Notes under the pieces: generated by a model
The model's database searches: none
What the model was told of the DNA's origin: nothing
The model's input: only the letters and a program-made list of their open reading frames with translations
Assembly: GCF_021869535.1 (NCBI RefSeq)
Contig: NW_026262678.1
Coordinates: 558,001-622,000, forward strand
Length of the DNA: 64,000 bases
Origin: Mytilus californianus
Lineage: Eukaryota
Direction of reading: 5' to 3'
In this document: positions 41,601 through 53,600 of the stretch, piece after piece
How the letters are laid out: each line of letters starts with the position of its first letter
Numbering within the stretch: position 1 is the stretch's first letter
Translations under genes and position numbers: made by a program

Positions 41601-44600
41601 CCTGTTCATCATTGACCTAACAGTTCTATAAGAAGATAATTTAGAGCAGGTTTTTCATTTGCTGGCATTCTATGGGAATATTTGGGGATATCAATGCGCA
41701 TTGTTGTTGTAACAGTCTTGAAGCACAGGCATTGCCACTTTTGAGACAATCGTAGAAGGTGTTGAATTAGGAACGGAAATTCGATGGATGACTGTTACAT
41801 TTATGTTAGGAATGCTGGTTTATGAGCGCATGGAAATTTGGGAATTGTCAAATATTTAGTGTTCTTTCAATTCCTTACACTTATTGTCGTTAAATGGGTA
41901 TAGAGAAAATTAAATTAGACCGAAAGTCAATACAGTGAATAAAAATAACCATTACGGTATATTAACAAAAGATAGAACAGTCGAAGAACTCTTATACAAA
42001 CTTAAACAAGTCGACAGAAAGACATTAGTAAAACATAATGAATATATAACAATTATTGGGCAAATTCAGAATGATATAAGAAGTAAGTTAAGCCAAAGCA
42101 GGGGCAAGAATAATACACGATAATAAATATAAAGAAAACATGGACAATGAACATGCATATGATAGAAGATAAGAACAGCTCTCTCACAAGCATACACACC
42201 TTAACTGTAAAAAAAGAGCATACATCGCAGCCACTGGAACATTTCCTACTGCATTCATGCAGCACGAAAAGTAAATCCGGCAGTCAATTTTAAAAATAAG
42301 AAGATGTGGTATTATTACTAATGCACAACTCTCAACCAGCAACCACGTAGACGTTAGTTACTAAAGAGCACCATACGGCCTGCAACATTGAGAAAAACTT
42401 ATACCACAGAGCAAGCTTTGAAAGTCCCCGAAATGAAAACTGTAAAACTAACAGCTTAAAACATGTTCGAAACAATAACGAGAACACATGTTATATAAAG
42501 CAAATTACATGTTTCCGACTTTACTTGTCATTACTGGATTTGGCCATTTCTTATTATTCATAACAAAACAGGAACAAGTCTGCTATTGAAGAAGCGCGTT
42601 TAGTGTCCAATAGGACTGCCTACAACTTGTCTCTACATGTTATTGCCGAAACGTACATAGATGCTGTCAAGGAGAATATTTTAATTGTAATAATATCATC
42701 AAACTTCCAGTAAGCAAATCCAAAAGAAAGCTGTATACAAGTTACAGCAAGTAAATTGGAATCAGCTTTTGTAAACGACTATTTTAGCAAAAAGGACAGC
42801 TTTGGTGTTGGAAGTGTAGTGTACAGAGTCGTAAAGACAAAATTGCCATCCGAATTAAGGATCATTAAATGTACTTGAACATTTAAAAGAAATAATTGCA
42901 ATTCATGAATGAACGCAAGCACCACAAATCATTAAACAAAATATTACTAATAAAATGTATGCATGACAAACGATTGTAAAGACACTAAAGTTCTCATCAA
43001 TACTCTTATCTATGGAAACTGACGACAAGGTTTGTTTCACAGGGACCTACCAAAATTCTAATAGAAAAACAAAGGATATGGTACGAAATCAGTACATGCA
43101 CAGCAAAAAACACACACAAATCAAAGGAACAACGCTTTTTATTATTGTTCTTCGTCTCATTGTCTTAACGAGATCTTCAATTCCTTTTGTAGTCACGTTA
43201 TAAAATAGAGTAAACGTTTATTTTTTAAATATCACCATACTCGTTAATGCAATTTTTCCAGGGAATGTGATTAAACTATTACCTTTGTTTACAACAGGGA
43301 CAGACACCTCTTCATTATGCAGCTCGTAATGGATTAAAATACATGATATCAGTTTTGATGAACAAAGGATCAGACCCTAATAAGTCAGATATTAGTGTAA
43401 GTACTGTGATCGGCTAATAACATAATTATTATCCGTAAAGTGTTGTATAGACCATGTAGAATTTCTGCGATTTCCGTATCGACCAATGGTAGTAGATTGG
43501 AATTGATTCTTTTATCTGTTTTGCCATCTGCTTATATAGACGACATTCCATAAAGTGCATAAATCATTAATATAGTTGAGGTGTCTTGAAATTAATTGGG
43601 CGAAGGAGAAGAAAAAAAAAGAATTCCAAAACTCATAATATATAACCGTTTAATTATACATCCATTTTAAGTAAAAACCTCAAAAAGGTTGAATATTACA
43701 TATTTAGTTTAACTTATTTCTCTTTAATTATATGTTCGATGATTTCATAGATAGACAAAACCATTATAAAGACACGTGTCATGTTCATATATAGGCTGTA
43801 CAAAATTGTAATCCCTTAATGATGAATATAATATCAAAAGGATAGAATTAAAATAGTACGCAAAATTTAGGGGTAAATGACGGATTTTTTCTCATGTGAA
43901 TCTTATATATGAATTTGCCCTTTTCGTATTCTAATTTTGATTGAAACAGGTTTGAAGAATTAAATAAATGTTGAACGAAATCACCCTGGATTAGTAGCCA
44001 GTATCATCCATGATCATCAGTCACCGAGGTCCCCATCTCTTATAGCGTACTGTATCTTGCAAATGTAAAGATATTTCCATGCACTCTTTGTTCTTTTTTA
44101 CAATACTAAAACTGGTTTTAACTTGAAAGATAATATTTATTTTTAAGTTTTTCCTGTCGTACAATAATGTATAACATACAGAGGAGGGTCATATTTATAT
44201 ATTTATCAAAGGTATTGGTCACATGACGTAGTTACGGTCAAGTGATTGTTTACTATAAACACGTGTGTGTGTGTTTACATCAAGCACATGGTGTGTGTTT
44301 ATGTTCTATTTGATTGGATGGCATATACCCGCAATGCGGTTTTTACGGGTATATGCGCTCATGAGATTCGTGAAAAGCATGATTAAGTATTACTTAAGGG
44401 GTTCGTTTGAGAAAATAAAGTTATTCGAAGTTTGCCTATAGTTAACGTAGCAGCAGTTCGTTATTGTGGTATGTCTGACTCCGAGAAACTTCTAGATTCT
44501 GACCATGAATCTTTGCCTGGTCCTAGTGTACATTCGTTGCCTGATGGTAGTTCTGCACATCATACTGGTAATAACGACTTGGTGGATACATTCTCGCTGT

Positions 44601-47600
44601 TTAAAACCTATCTTGACGGGAAGATCGCTACTCTTCACAAAGACTTGGCCGTTGGCAATGAGAACTTCGCTACCAAACTCAAGCAAGAAGTGTCAGTTAA
44701 ACTTAAAGGTGAGGATAACCAGATACAGTTCAATTTCAATTGTGAAATTATGGCCGACCTTGTTAAGCTTCAGAAGCGTATTCCTGATGAAGATGCAGCA
44801 TGTCTTAAATTGGTATCTGGTGCTATCCTCAAAGTTAAGAAGCGTAATAAACTCATCCGCATTGCAGACAAATCTCCCGCAGGCTGGAAAACCGTCCGCG
44901 AATATGAGAGTGACGACCTTGCCTCCGACTCAGAAGATAAGAAACGCATTCGTTCTGCAGAAAGCCGTGCCATTAGGAGTATCAAGGAAAAGAAAATACC
45001 TCATCCTTATAGAACCGTTACAGCTACTGTTTCTGCTCCTCCTGCTCCAATGCCCAATCAACACAATGTTCGACAAAACAATTATCAACAGCCGCCCTTT
45101 CGGACCAGCAGACGGAGGGAACCCTCATCTCATGACATCTGTTACAACTGCAACCAGCTTGGTCACTGGCGAACTCAGTGCCCCCTTTTCAGTACAAAAC
45201 CAGCTGTCCCAGGGACATCAAGGCAACAGAGTTAATGATAAGTATTTTGATACTACTTTTTTAGATGAAAGCAATCTTTACGGACAGTTTGAACTGTTTC
45301 TGTCACATGCTAAATATTTTGATAATATTGATATTTCATCTGTTGCAAAAGGGGTAAAATATAGTTTACGCAAGCATATACAATTCTGGAAACATATAGG
45401 TGCAAATGAATTTGTTATCAATACTATCCAACATGGTTACGTTATTCCATTTTTGCAGACTCCTACATCTATGTCATTTAAGAATAACAAATCTGCAAAT
45501 GTCCATTCTAAATTTGTAAATGAAGCAATTTCAGAATTACTGAATATCGGATGTGTTATTGAAACTCCATTTCAACCGTTTGTTGTAAATCCGCTAAGTG
45601 TTGCAGTTCAAAGTTCGGGCAAAAAACGTCTGATTTTAGATTTAAGTGAACTGAATGTTTTTATTAAAAAAGAAAGAATAAAATTTGAGGACTGGAAAGT
45701 GGCTTTAAATTATTTCACAAAAGATTGCTATCAATTTAAATTTGATCTTAAGTCTGGATATTTTCATTATGACGTATGTACTAAACAACAAACATATTTA
45801 GGATTTTGCTGGAACGAAAAATTATACTGTTTTACAGTGTTAGCCTTTTGGTCTATCATCTGCTCCATATCTATTCACAAAATGTCTACGACCAATCGTA
45901 AAATATTGGCGAGAAAATGGCGTAGATATTGTACTTTACTTAGATGATGGACTTGGAATGGGTAAAAATAAACAAGAAGCTTCCGAATGTTCATCTTTCG
46001 TGAAAACCTCCTTGTTAGAAGCAGGGTTTTTAATTAACATGGATAAATCTATTTTTGAGCCAGTACAATGTTTAGAGTGGTTAGGTTTAGTTTGGGATTC
46101 GTCTGATTTTTCAATTAGTATATCAGATAGACGGATTGATAATACACTTACATCATTGGTTGATATTTTGAATAACTTTCCTAATTTCACAGCACGTAAA
46201 TTGGCTCAGGTAACGGGAAAGGTAATTTCTATGTGTCCAGTCATGGGTAACATAACAAGTTTAATGACCCGTTATTTACACTGGGCAATTGAATACAGAG
46301 TAAAGTGGGATTTAAAGTTAATATTGGAATGTCCTGATTGTGTATTTAATGAGCTCACATTTTGGCTGAATAACATTAAAAGATTGAACAGAAAACATTT
46401 AGCAGGTTATTCTTTTCCTCACGTGCTTGTATATTCTGATGCCAGTAACGTAGCTGCTGGTGCTTACTCGATAGATATTGACTCTAATATTTTTCATCAG
46501 ATGTGGACTTTACAAGAGTCCCTAAAGAGTTCTACATGGAGAGAACTTCAAGCTATTTTGTTGGCTTTGATGTCGTTTAAGAACCGTTTAAGAAATAAAT
46601 GTGTTAAATGGCATACAGATAATAATAACTGTGTTTCCATTGTTCAGAAAGGAAGTGCAAAAGTACATTTACAAGAGATAGCTATTAATATTTTTAAGTT
46701 GTGTTCTGAATTGAATATTACTTTAGATGTTGTTTGGATCCCGAGATCTAAGAATACAAAAGCTGATTATATTTCTAAAATGATTGATATAGAAGACTGG
46801 GGAACAAATAAAGAATTTTTTAAATTAGTAGATAATATGTGGGGTCCGCATACTGTGGACAGGTTTGCGAGTAATTTTAATAAAAAATTACCAAGATTTA
46901 ATTCCAAATTCTGGAATCCAGGTGTTGAAGCAGTTGATGCGTTCACGCAAAATTGGAAAAATGAAGTAAATTGGATTGTTCCTCCTATTTCCGTTGTCTG
47001 TAGAGCAATCAAACATTTGATTTTATGTAAGGCTAGAGGCACTTTGATAGTTCCAAAGTGGCCTTCCTCGTCATATTGGACAATGATTTTTAAAAAAGGT
47101 TCGTATTTGCAACCCTATGTAACTGATGTTTTAGAATTTCAACCAAATCAGAACATTTTTATTCATGGTATGAATAATAAGTCCTTGTTGGGATCTTCTG
47201 AATTCGTTTCTAGTGTTTTAGCTATTAGATTGAACGCTCAGTTCATGTAAGAATTTACGACAAGGCTGTTGAGCAAGGTCGTATGGTAAAGACAAGGCCA
47301 ATCTAATGGCAAGGTCGTATGCTGATGACAAGGCCAAATTAAATAGGCAAGGTCTCACCTGACATGGCCAGTGTGAAAAATAAATCTGGCAAGGTCATTT
47401 AAATATATTGTAAGCTAGTAGTAGTATAGTAGATTATATTTCTATTTGATATGCACGTTTTTCAGATATTTTTTCATGTGGAGTCTGGAAATCCTTGCCT
47501 AAGCCAGTTGACCAAGATTTATCATCTTTATCTAACTGCCTACCTGAGTTCTGTCTCCATTCGAAAGCCGAGAATACCAAAAGAAAATACTCTTATGCAT

Positions 47601-50600
47601 TTAATAATTTCTGTAAGTGTTGTAATAACTATTCTTATGTTAAACCTTTACCAGCTTCAGATTTTTATGTTTCATTGTACTTAATACACATATCAAAGAC
47701 ATTTAACTCGTATGCTAAGGTTGAAGAAGCATACTATTCAATAAGCTGGGCTCACAAACTAGCTGGCTTTTCTAATCCGTGTAATTCACAGTTGTGTATA
47801 TCGGTTAAAGAAGGAGCTCATAGAAAGATTGGACCTATTATTGTAAATAAAAAAGAACCAATTACGCCAGATATTTTAAAGAAAATTGTTAATAAATATG
47901 GTAAAGAATGTAACAATCTTATAGAAATTAGAATTTGTTGTATGTGTCTTATTAGTTACGCAGGGTTTTTAAGATTTTCTGAAATGGTAAATTTAAAAAG
48001 ATCTGATTTAAAATTTGCTGATACACATGTCTCTTTGCTCATACAGAAAAGCAAAACTGATCGTTATAGAGAAGGCACACACGTTTTAATTGCTAGAACA
48101 GATACACAAACATGCCCTGTTAATATGTTGGAGAAATATTTGTTATTATCCAATATAGATGCATCATCTTCAGATTATATATTTAGATCCATGTATTTAT
48201 GTAAAAAATCTAGATCTTATAGACTGAGAGGTTTTAAACCTTTGTCATATACTAGAGTTAGAGAAATTATATTATCAGCTCTGGAATCTATCGGTTTAGA
48301 TAAGTCAAAATTTGGATTACATAGCTTGAGATCAGGTGGAGCTACTGCAGCTGCATCAGCTGGCATTCATGATAGATTATTTAAGAAGCATGGTAGATGG
48401 GCTTCAGATAAAGCAAAAGATGGCTATGTAAGAGAAAATGTTAAAGAAAAACTGACAGTGTCTAAAAGTTTGGGAATTTAATTTTTATAGATATACTATA
48501 TATGTGTATTATTCTTTGCTCAGATCTGCTTGGCTTTCTTTGTCTTTCGAAAGGCTGCTACACCTGTAGGCACACTTATCCTATTTATGTGTTGTTTTAT
48601 TTATTAAATAATTTATATTCGTTTGAGCTGGCGAATTAGAATATAAATATATTTATTAAAGGTATTGGTCACATGACGTAGTTACGGTCAAGTGATTGTT
48701 TACTATAAACACGTGTGTGTGTGTTTACATCAAGCACATGGTGTGTGTTTATGTTCTATTTGATTGGATGGCATATACCCGCAATGCGGTTTTTACGGGT
48801 ATATGCGCTCATGAGATTCGTGAAAAGCATGATTAAGTATTACTTAAGGGGTTCGTTTGAGAAAATAAAGTTATTCGAAGTTTGCCTATAGTTAACGTAG
48901 CAGCAGTTCGTTATATGTTTACCCACCCACCCACCCCTTTTATGAGTTGGTTATTGTTAACGTGGGCATATACATATATTACACTATATTAATATGAATT
49001 TTTCCTCTTTTGTAGATAGTTTTTGATTGTGTTACTGTATATTCTATTATATGATTGGATTGGAAGTGTGCTTGTCTGAATTATAGTGAATGACTTTTGT
49101 TTGAAGAATTGTGAATGTAAATAATATTAAAGGCTGCTACACCTGTAGGCACACTTATCCTATTTATGTGTTGTTTTATTTATTAAATAATTTATATTCG
49201 TTTGAGCTGGCGAATTAGAATATAAGTTCAAATAAATGTCCGACCCGAGGAAGATTTTTCTTTTGGCAATCTTGACAACCCAGGGTGTGTTATATGACAA
49301 GAAAAGCTTTCGAAAGTGTATTTTGTATTTAGGTCAACAAGAATTAATATTATTTTCTGCAAAGATTCGATCATATCAAAGTTGGATTTTCTTGTTTGAT
49401 GCTTATAGGAATAGAAACTCCCAACGGCTAAGTTTTAAGCTGAAATAAGTCTATGAATCTAGATATAAACGTTATTTATTTCTCACCAGTTAACTTAAGA
49501 AATTACTGCGATTACATAAAGCAATAAGCAAACCAATTGTATCGAAACATTTTTTTTTTTTTTTTTTGGGGGGGGGTATTTTTTATTTAGGGGGGGGGGG
49601 GTCAATACATTTTAACCGCGGAAAAGCAAATTATTTTTTTAACAATTTAAAAGGAATTTCTTCAGAATTATTGTTTTTTTTCTCTTTTGTCTGGAAATAC
49701 ATTTTTCCTGCAAAACTTGAAAATCAGATAATGCCCCTCTTTTAATGCAGATCTAAGAGAAGTTCACATTATTTGTGTTGATAATCAAACTGCGATTTAA
49801 AACGTTTTGTAAGCTTAAGTAAGTCAATCTAATAAATGAAATGAAATTGAGAATGGAAATGGGGAATGTGTCAAAGAGACAACAACCCGACCATAGAGCA
49901 GACAACTGTTTCTATCCAAAACGTTTAACGAATATTCAAGATGAAAAGGTGTACAGATAACCCCCAGTTAGTTTGCAATTTCACGATTTTCTCATCTTCA
50001 ACATTAAATGTACCTGTACTATTGTTTCCAAAGGACCAATTGTAAAGTCCTTAAGTGTAAGGTACCTACTTGTGGTGAGATATAAATCAATTATGTTAAT
50101 ACTTCTGGAGTCATACCTTCTAATGATAAATACAAAATATAGAGGTAAAGCCCTGCAGTGATGTACTGTTTATGGAAAAATATAAATCAATTCTCTAAAA
50201 TTATTGGGTGTCATACTTAGTTTTTTTTATAAGCACAATAAAACACAATTTGATTACAATACAGATAATGTGTCCAAACTTCGCTTACCATATTTTGACT
50301 ATTTTATTTATAATGTCTGTTTTGTTCACGCATCGATGTAAATATAACGGCATTTGATAAGACTGTCGTACAAGTGAGAGGTTTAGCGCTATAAAACCAG
50401 GTTCAATCCACCATTTTCTACATTTGAAAATGCCTGTACCAAGTCAGGAATATGACAGTTGTTGTCCATTCGTTTGATGTGTTTTGTCATTTGATTTTGC
50501 CATGTGATTACGGACTTTCCTATTGAATTTTCCTCGGAGTTCAGTATTTTTGTGATTTTACTTTTTACAAGGATTTGACATCACTCCATTCTCCTTTCTG

Positions 50601-53600
50601 TTCTCGTAATCATTACATCAGCCACTCACATTTCAGCATTCAAATTTTTAAAGGTTAGTATCATTAGGACAAAACCAGAGGATTCCAAAAGATTTCTAAA
50701 ACATAGAATAGGACGGAGCGTTGTCCGATCATTTTGAGCGAAGCTTGGACACATACTATGTATTGTAATTAGATTGGGTATAACATTTCATTAGAATGAG
50801 ATAAATCCTGAGGTTATCCTGATAACATATAGAATGAAGTTCTATAATCTTCATTATGTTTATATTGTTAAACACTGATTTGTTTTACGTGTTGCTGTTA
50901 TATGTCATAACAACGTATTTCCAAAAGTATTCATGTATCGTACATATATTAACGATATATAGTTATATGGCCAGTTAGTTAAATGTTCGACTACATGTTT
51001 ATCTAAAGATCTTACTGCCATTATTTCAAAAGTAAAAGATGATCCTTCGACACATTAAAATGAGGTATATTAAACCAATGGTGTCAATCAATTGCGGTTT
51101 TCAAAATCATTAAATGATCAACTCCGATTTCTTGAACTAAAATTTTACAATTGTGAAGTAATAATACGCTATTTCCGATGCTTATTTGAAAGATCGACTA
51201 CATCATCTCATAAAGCATAGTTTTTTTGTACTTATATGACGCAGGATTTATGCAGAGAATATGGAAGGACAAATACAAAGCATCCTGAAGTTATTTCATT
51301 TCAAGTCTAGATAGTTGTGACGATGATTTATAACTCAATAATTGTCAGTGACTGCATGTATCTCATATAACATAGTGGACTTTAGATTAAGTATACTACC
51401 GAAACTAAATGGTATATATCATCTCTTGATCTTTTCCTCGATATTGACACAGATGAACCACTTCAAAGAATCGAATTGTCAGCTTCCAATTTACCAGCAG
51501 TATAACACAAGTTGCTCTATTGTATGACGTTTATATATCTCAAATAATACGCTACACTCGTGTCATGTTCAAACTATACGCAGTACTTAAACAGGACTGA
51601 ACTCCTGATAACAGATCTGCCGGAACATAGTTATAAGCCTTGTCACCTTCGTCAATATCGAGGAAAAAATCAAGACATGACGCAAACCGTCAGATTTGGT
51701 ACAACAAAATATTCTAAGGTCATATTTAAGAGCATAGCAAGACACTTTTTCTTGTTTAATACGAAAATATTCTGCATAATCTCTTTAGAATCCTTAGATC
51801 ATCAGAAAGTCTTATAAGCTTATATATGCCGTGTTCAAAATATATATACAGAAATGTTTTAGGACTTTGTTCCTGTCAGTTTTAGGACCTTGTCCCTATG
51901 AGTTTTTCTGACTCATTTTAAAAACTATGTATTAATTAAGCTTTCTTTTAGAATAAAATACTTATTACATTTATTTGTTTACTTCTGATCCACATATGTG
52001 TACGTAATGCAGTTCATAATGCTATACAATAACCTGAATTTAAACAAGTTATGACCTATCTTACGAGCAAATAAACTGAAGTATAACAAAAAACATCCGC
52101 TGAAATCTTTATGCCTTATAACATGCGAGGTTAAATCATTTGATTTTGTTGTTATAATGTTTTATTTATAATTATTTTAGGGCAAAACCGTCTTTGATTT
52201 AGCAAGAACACCAAGCGTTAGAAGAATAATACAGGTAATACAAAACATTTCTACTCAAAATTAGAACCTTATCAAAAACAAAAAGAGAAGATCTTTAATT
52301 TCATTTTCATATATATTGGTGATTTTCTGTCACGCATAAACCCGCTTTCAATGAGTGCTTACATCTTTTATATCCCATTGAACTTGAAATTAAGATAACA
52401 ACCGAAAGTAGAAGGTCTGCTTTATACTAGTGTCTTGATTTATTTCCTCTGTAATGCCAGATTTGACTTCAAACTAGAATCTAAGACAAATGTGATGATT
52501 TCAAATTCTTCGGCGTCACTTTAAATCAGTTGTTTTCATATCTCAGGATCTCACAACTATTTGACCCCATCATCCAAAACTGCCCATATGTGTACTTTAT
52601 TATGAAAATTATATGAGGGAATAAATTAAAATAAAGGATAGATTGTATAATACAAAGAACAACTATATTGGTACGCTATGACTACAAAATGTGTACGTAT
52701 CAATTATACAGCAGACATGTGCACATATGTGGTCTGGAGCAGACCTGTCCTCGTGACTGCAGGTCTGCAGCAGTCTTAAAAAGCAGACCTAGGTCTGGTC
52801 TATCGCCAATGAAGTTTACTTGTTTTTCTGCTTCAAATTACGTAAGTTGACTTGGAAAGCAGTCAACAAGTCTGCTCCATGTTGACTGTACAAATTAGGA
52901 CTGCACCCATTTGTATATAACATATGTTTTTAGGATGTTGAAATTTCAAAATGCACGTGCACAAATTTATTCTAAAATGACACAAACATGGTAACAACAA
53001 CTTCTAGAGTGTTTAACGGCATCGTTGTAAGTTTCATGAAATGAATAGATAAGGCCAGTTTGCATGGACTGCTGTTATGCAATGAAAAAGTCGAATGAAA
53101 AACGGACGGATGATGCTCTACCAAAAAAAAAAAATAGATCCCATAGTAAAATTAAGTTTTGTTTAGCTTTCAAGTTCAGAGTGATTGCTAACATAGCCCC
53201 GTTGTAAGGATTAGCAAGTTTAGTAATTATGTAATCAAAACATGTTTTTAGTAATTCAGTTAATATGTTATAATTTTTCCTTTTGTGTGTGCATGGATTG
53301 TCTATCATATACCTTTATAAAAGGATAAATAAACTCATCATAAATACCAAGATTAAAATTGTGGACGCCCGACGCGCGTTTCGTCTATAAAAGAGTCATC
53401 AGTGACGCTCGAATAAAAAAAAGTAAAAAAGGCAAAAAAAGGACGAAGTTGAATGGCATTGGGGACCCAAAATTCCTAAAAGTTTGGCCAAATACAGCAA
53501 AGGTAATCTCAAAAGCGTGTTTTGAAACCGACTTTTATACTTTCTGCGATTCTTGTTATTCCCGCTGTTCTTAGATACGGGAATATGAAGTTTGAGATCT

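Larger units (their letters stand above)
44197..49225 (+). mobile_element. Tyrosine-recombinase retrotransposon (DIRS order, PAT-like, split direct repeats), 5029 bp, intronic
   Basis: A1 44197-44464, then gag, RT/RH/MT and YR, then B1 48550-48646 directly joined to A2 48647-48914, a 214-bp spacer and B2 49129-49225. No TSD. Confidence 0.93.

Noticed and set aside
40929-42900. Short ORFs that might be a decayed transposase
   Set aside because: No catalytic motif could be identified with confidence. A TBLASTX search would be needed.
45936-47042. Antisense ORFs over pol (45936-46190 and 46767-47042)
   Set aside because: These are shadow ORFs expected opposite a long coding sequence.
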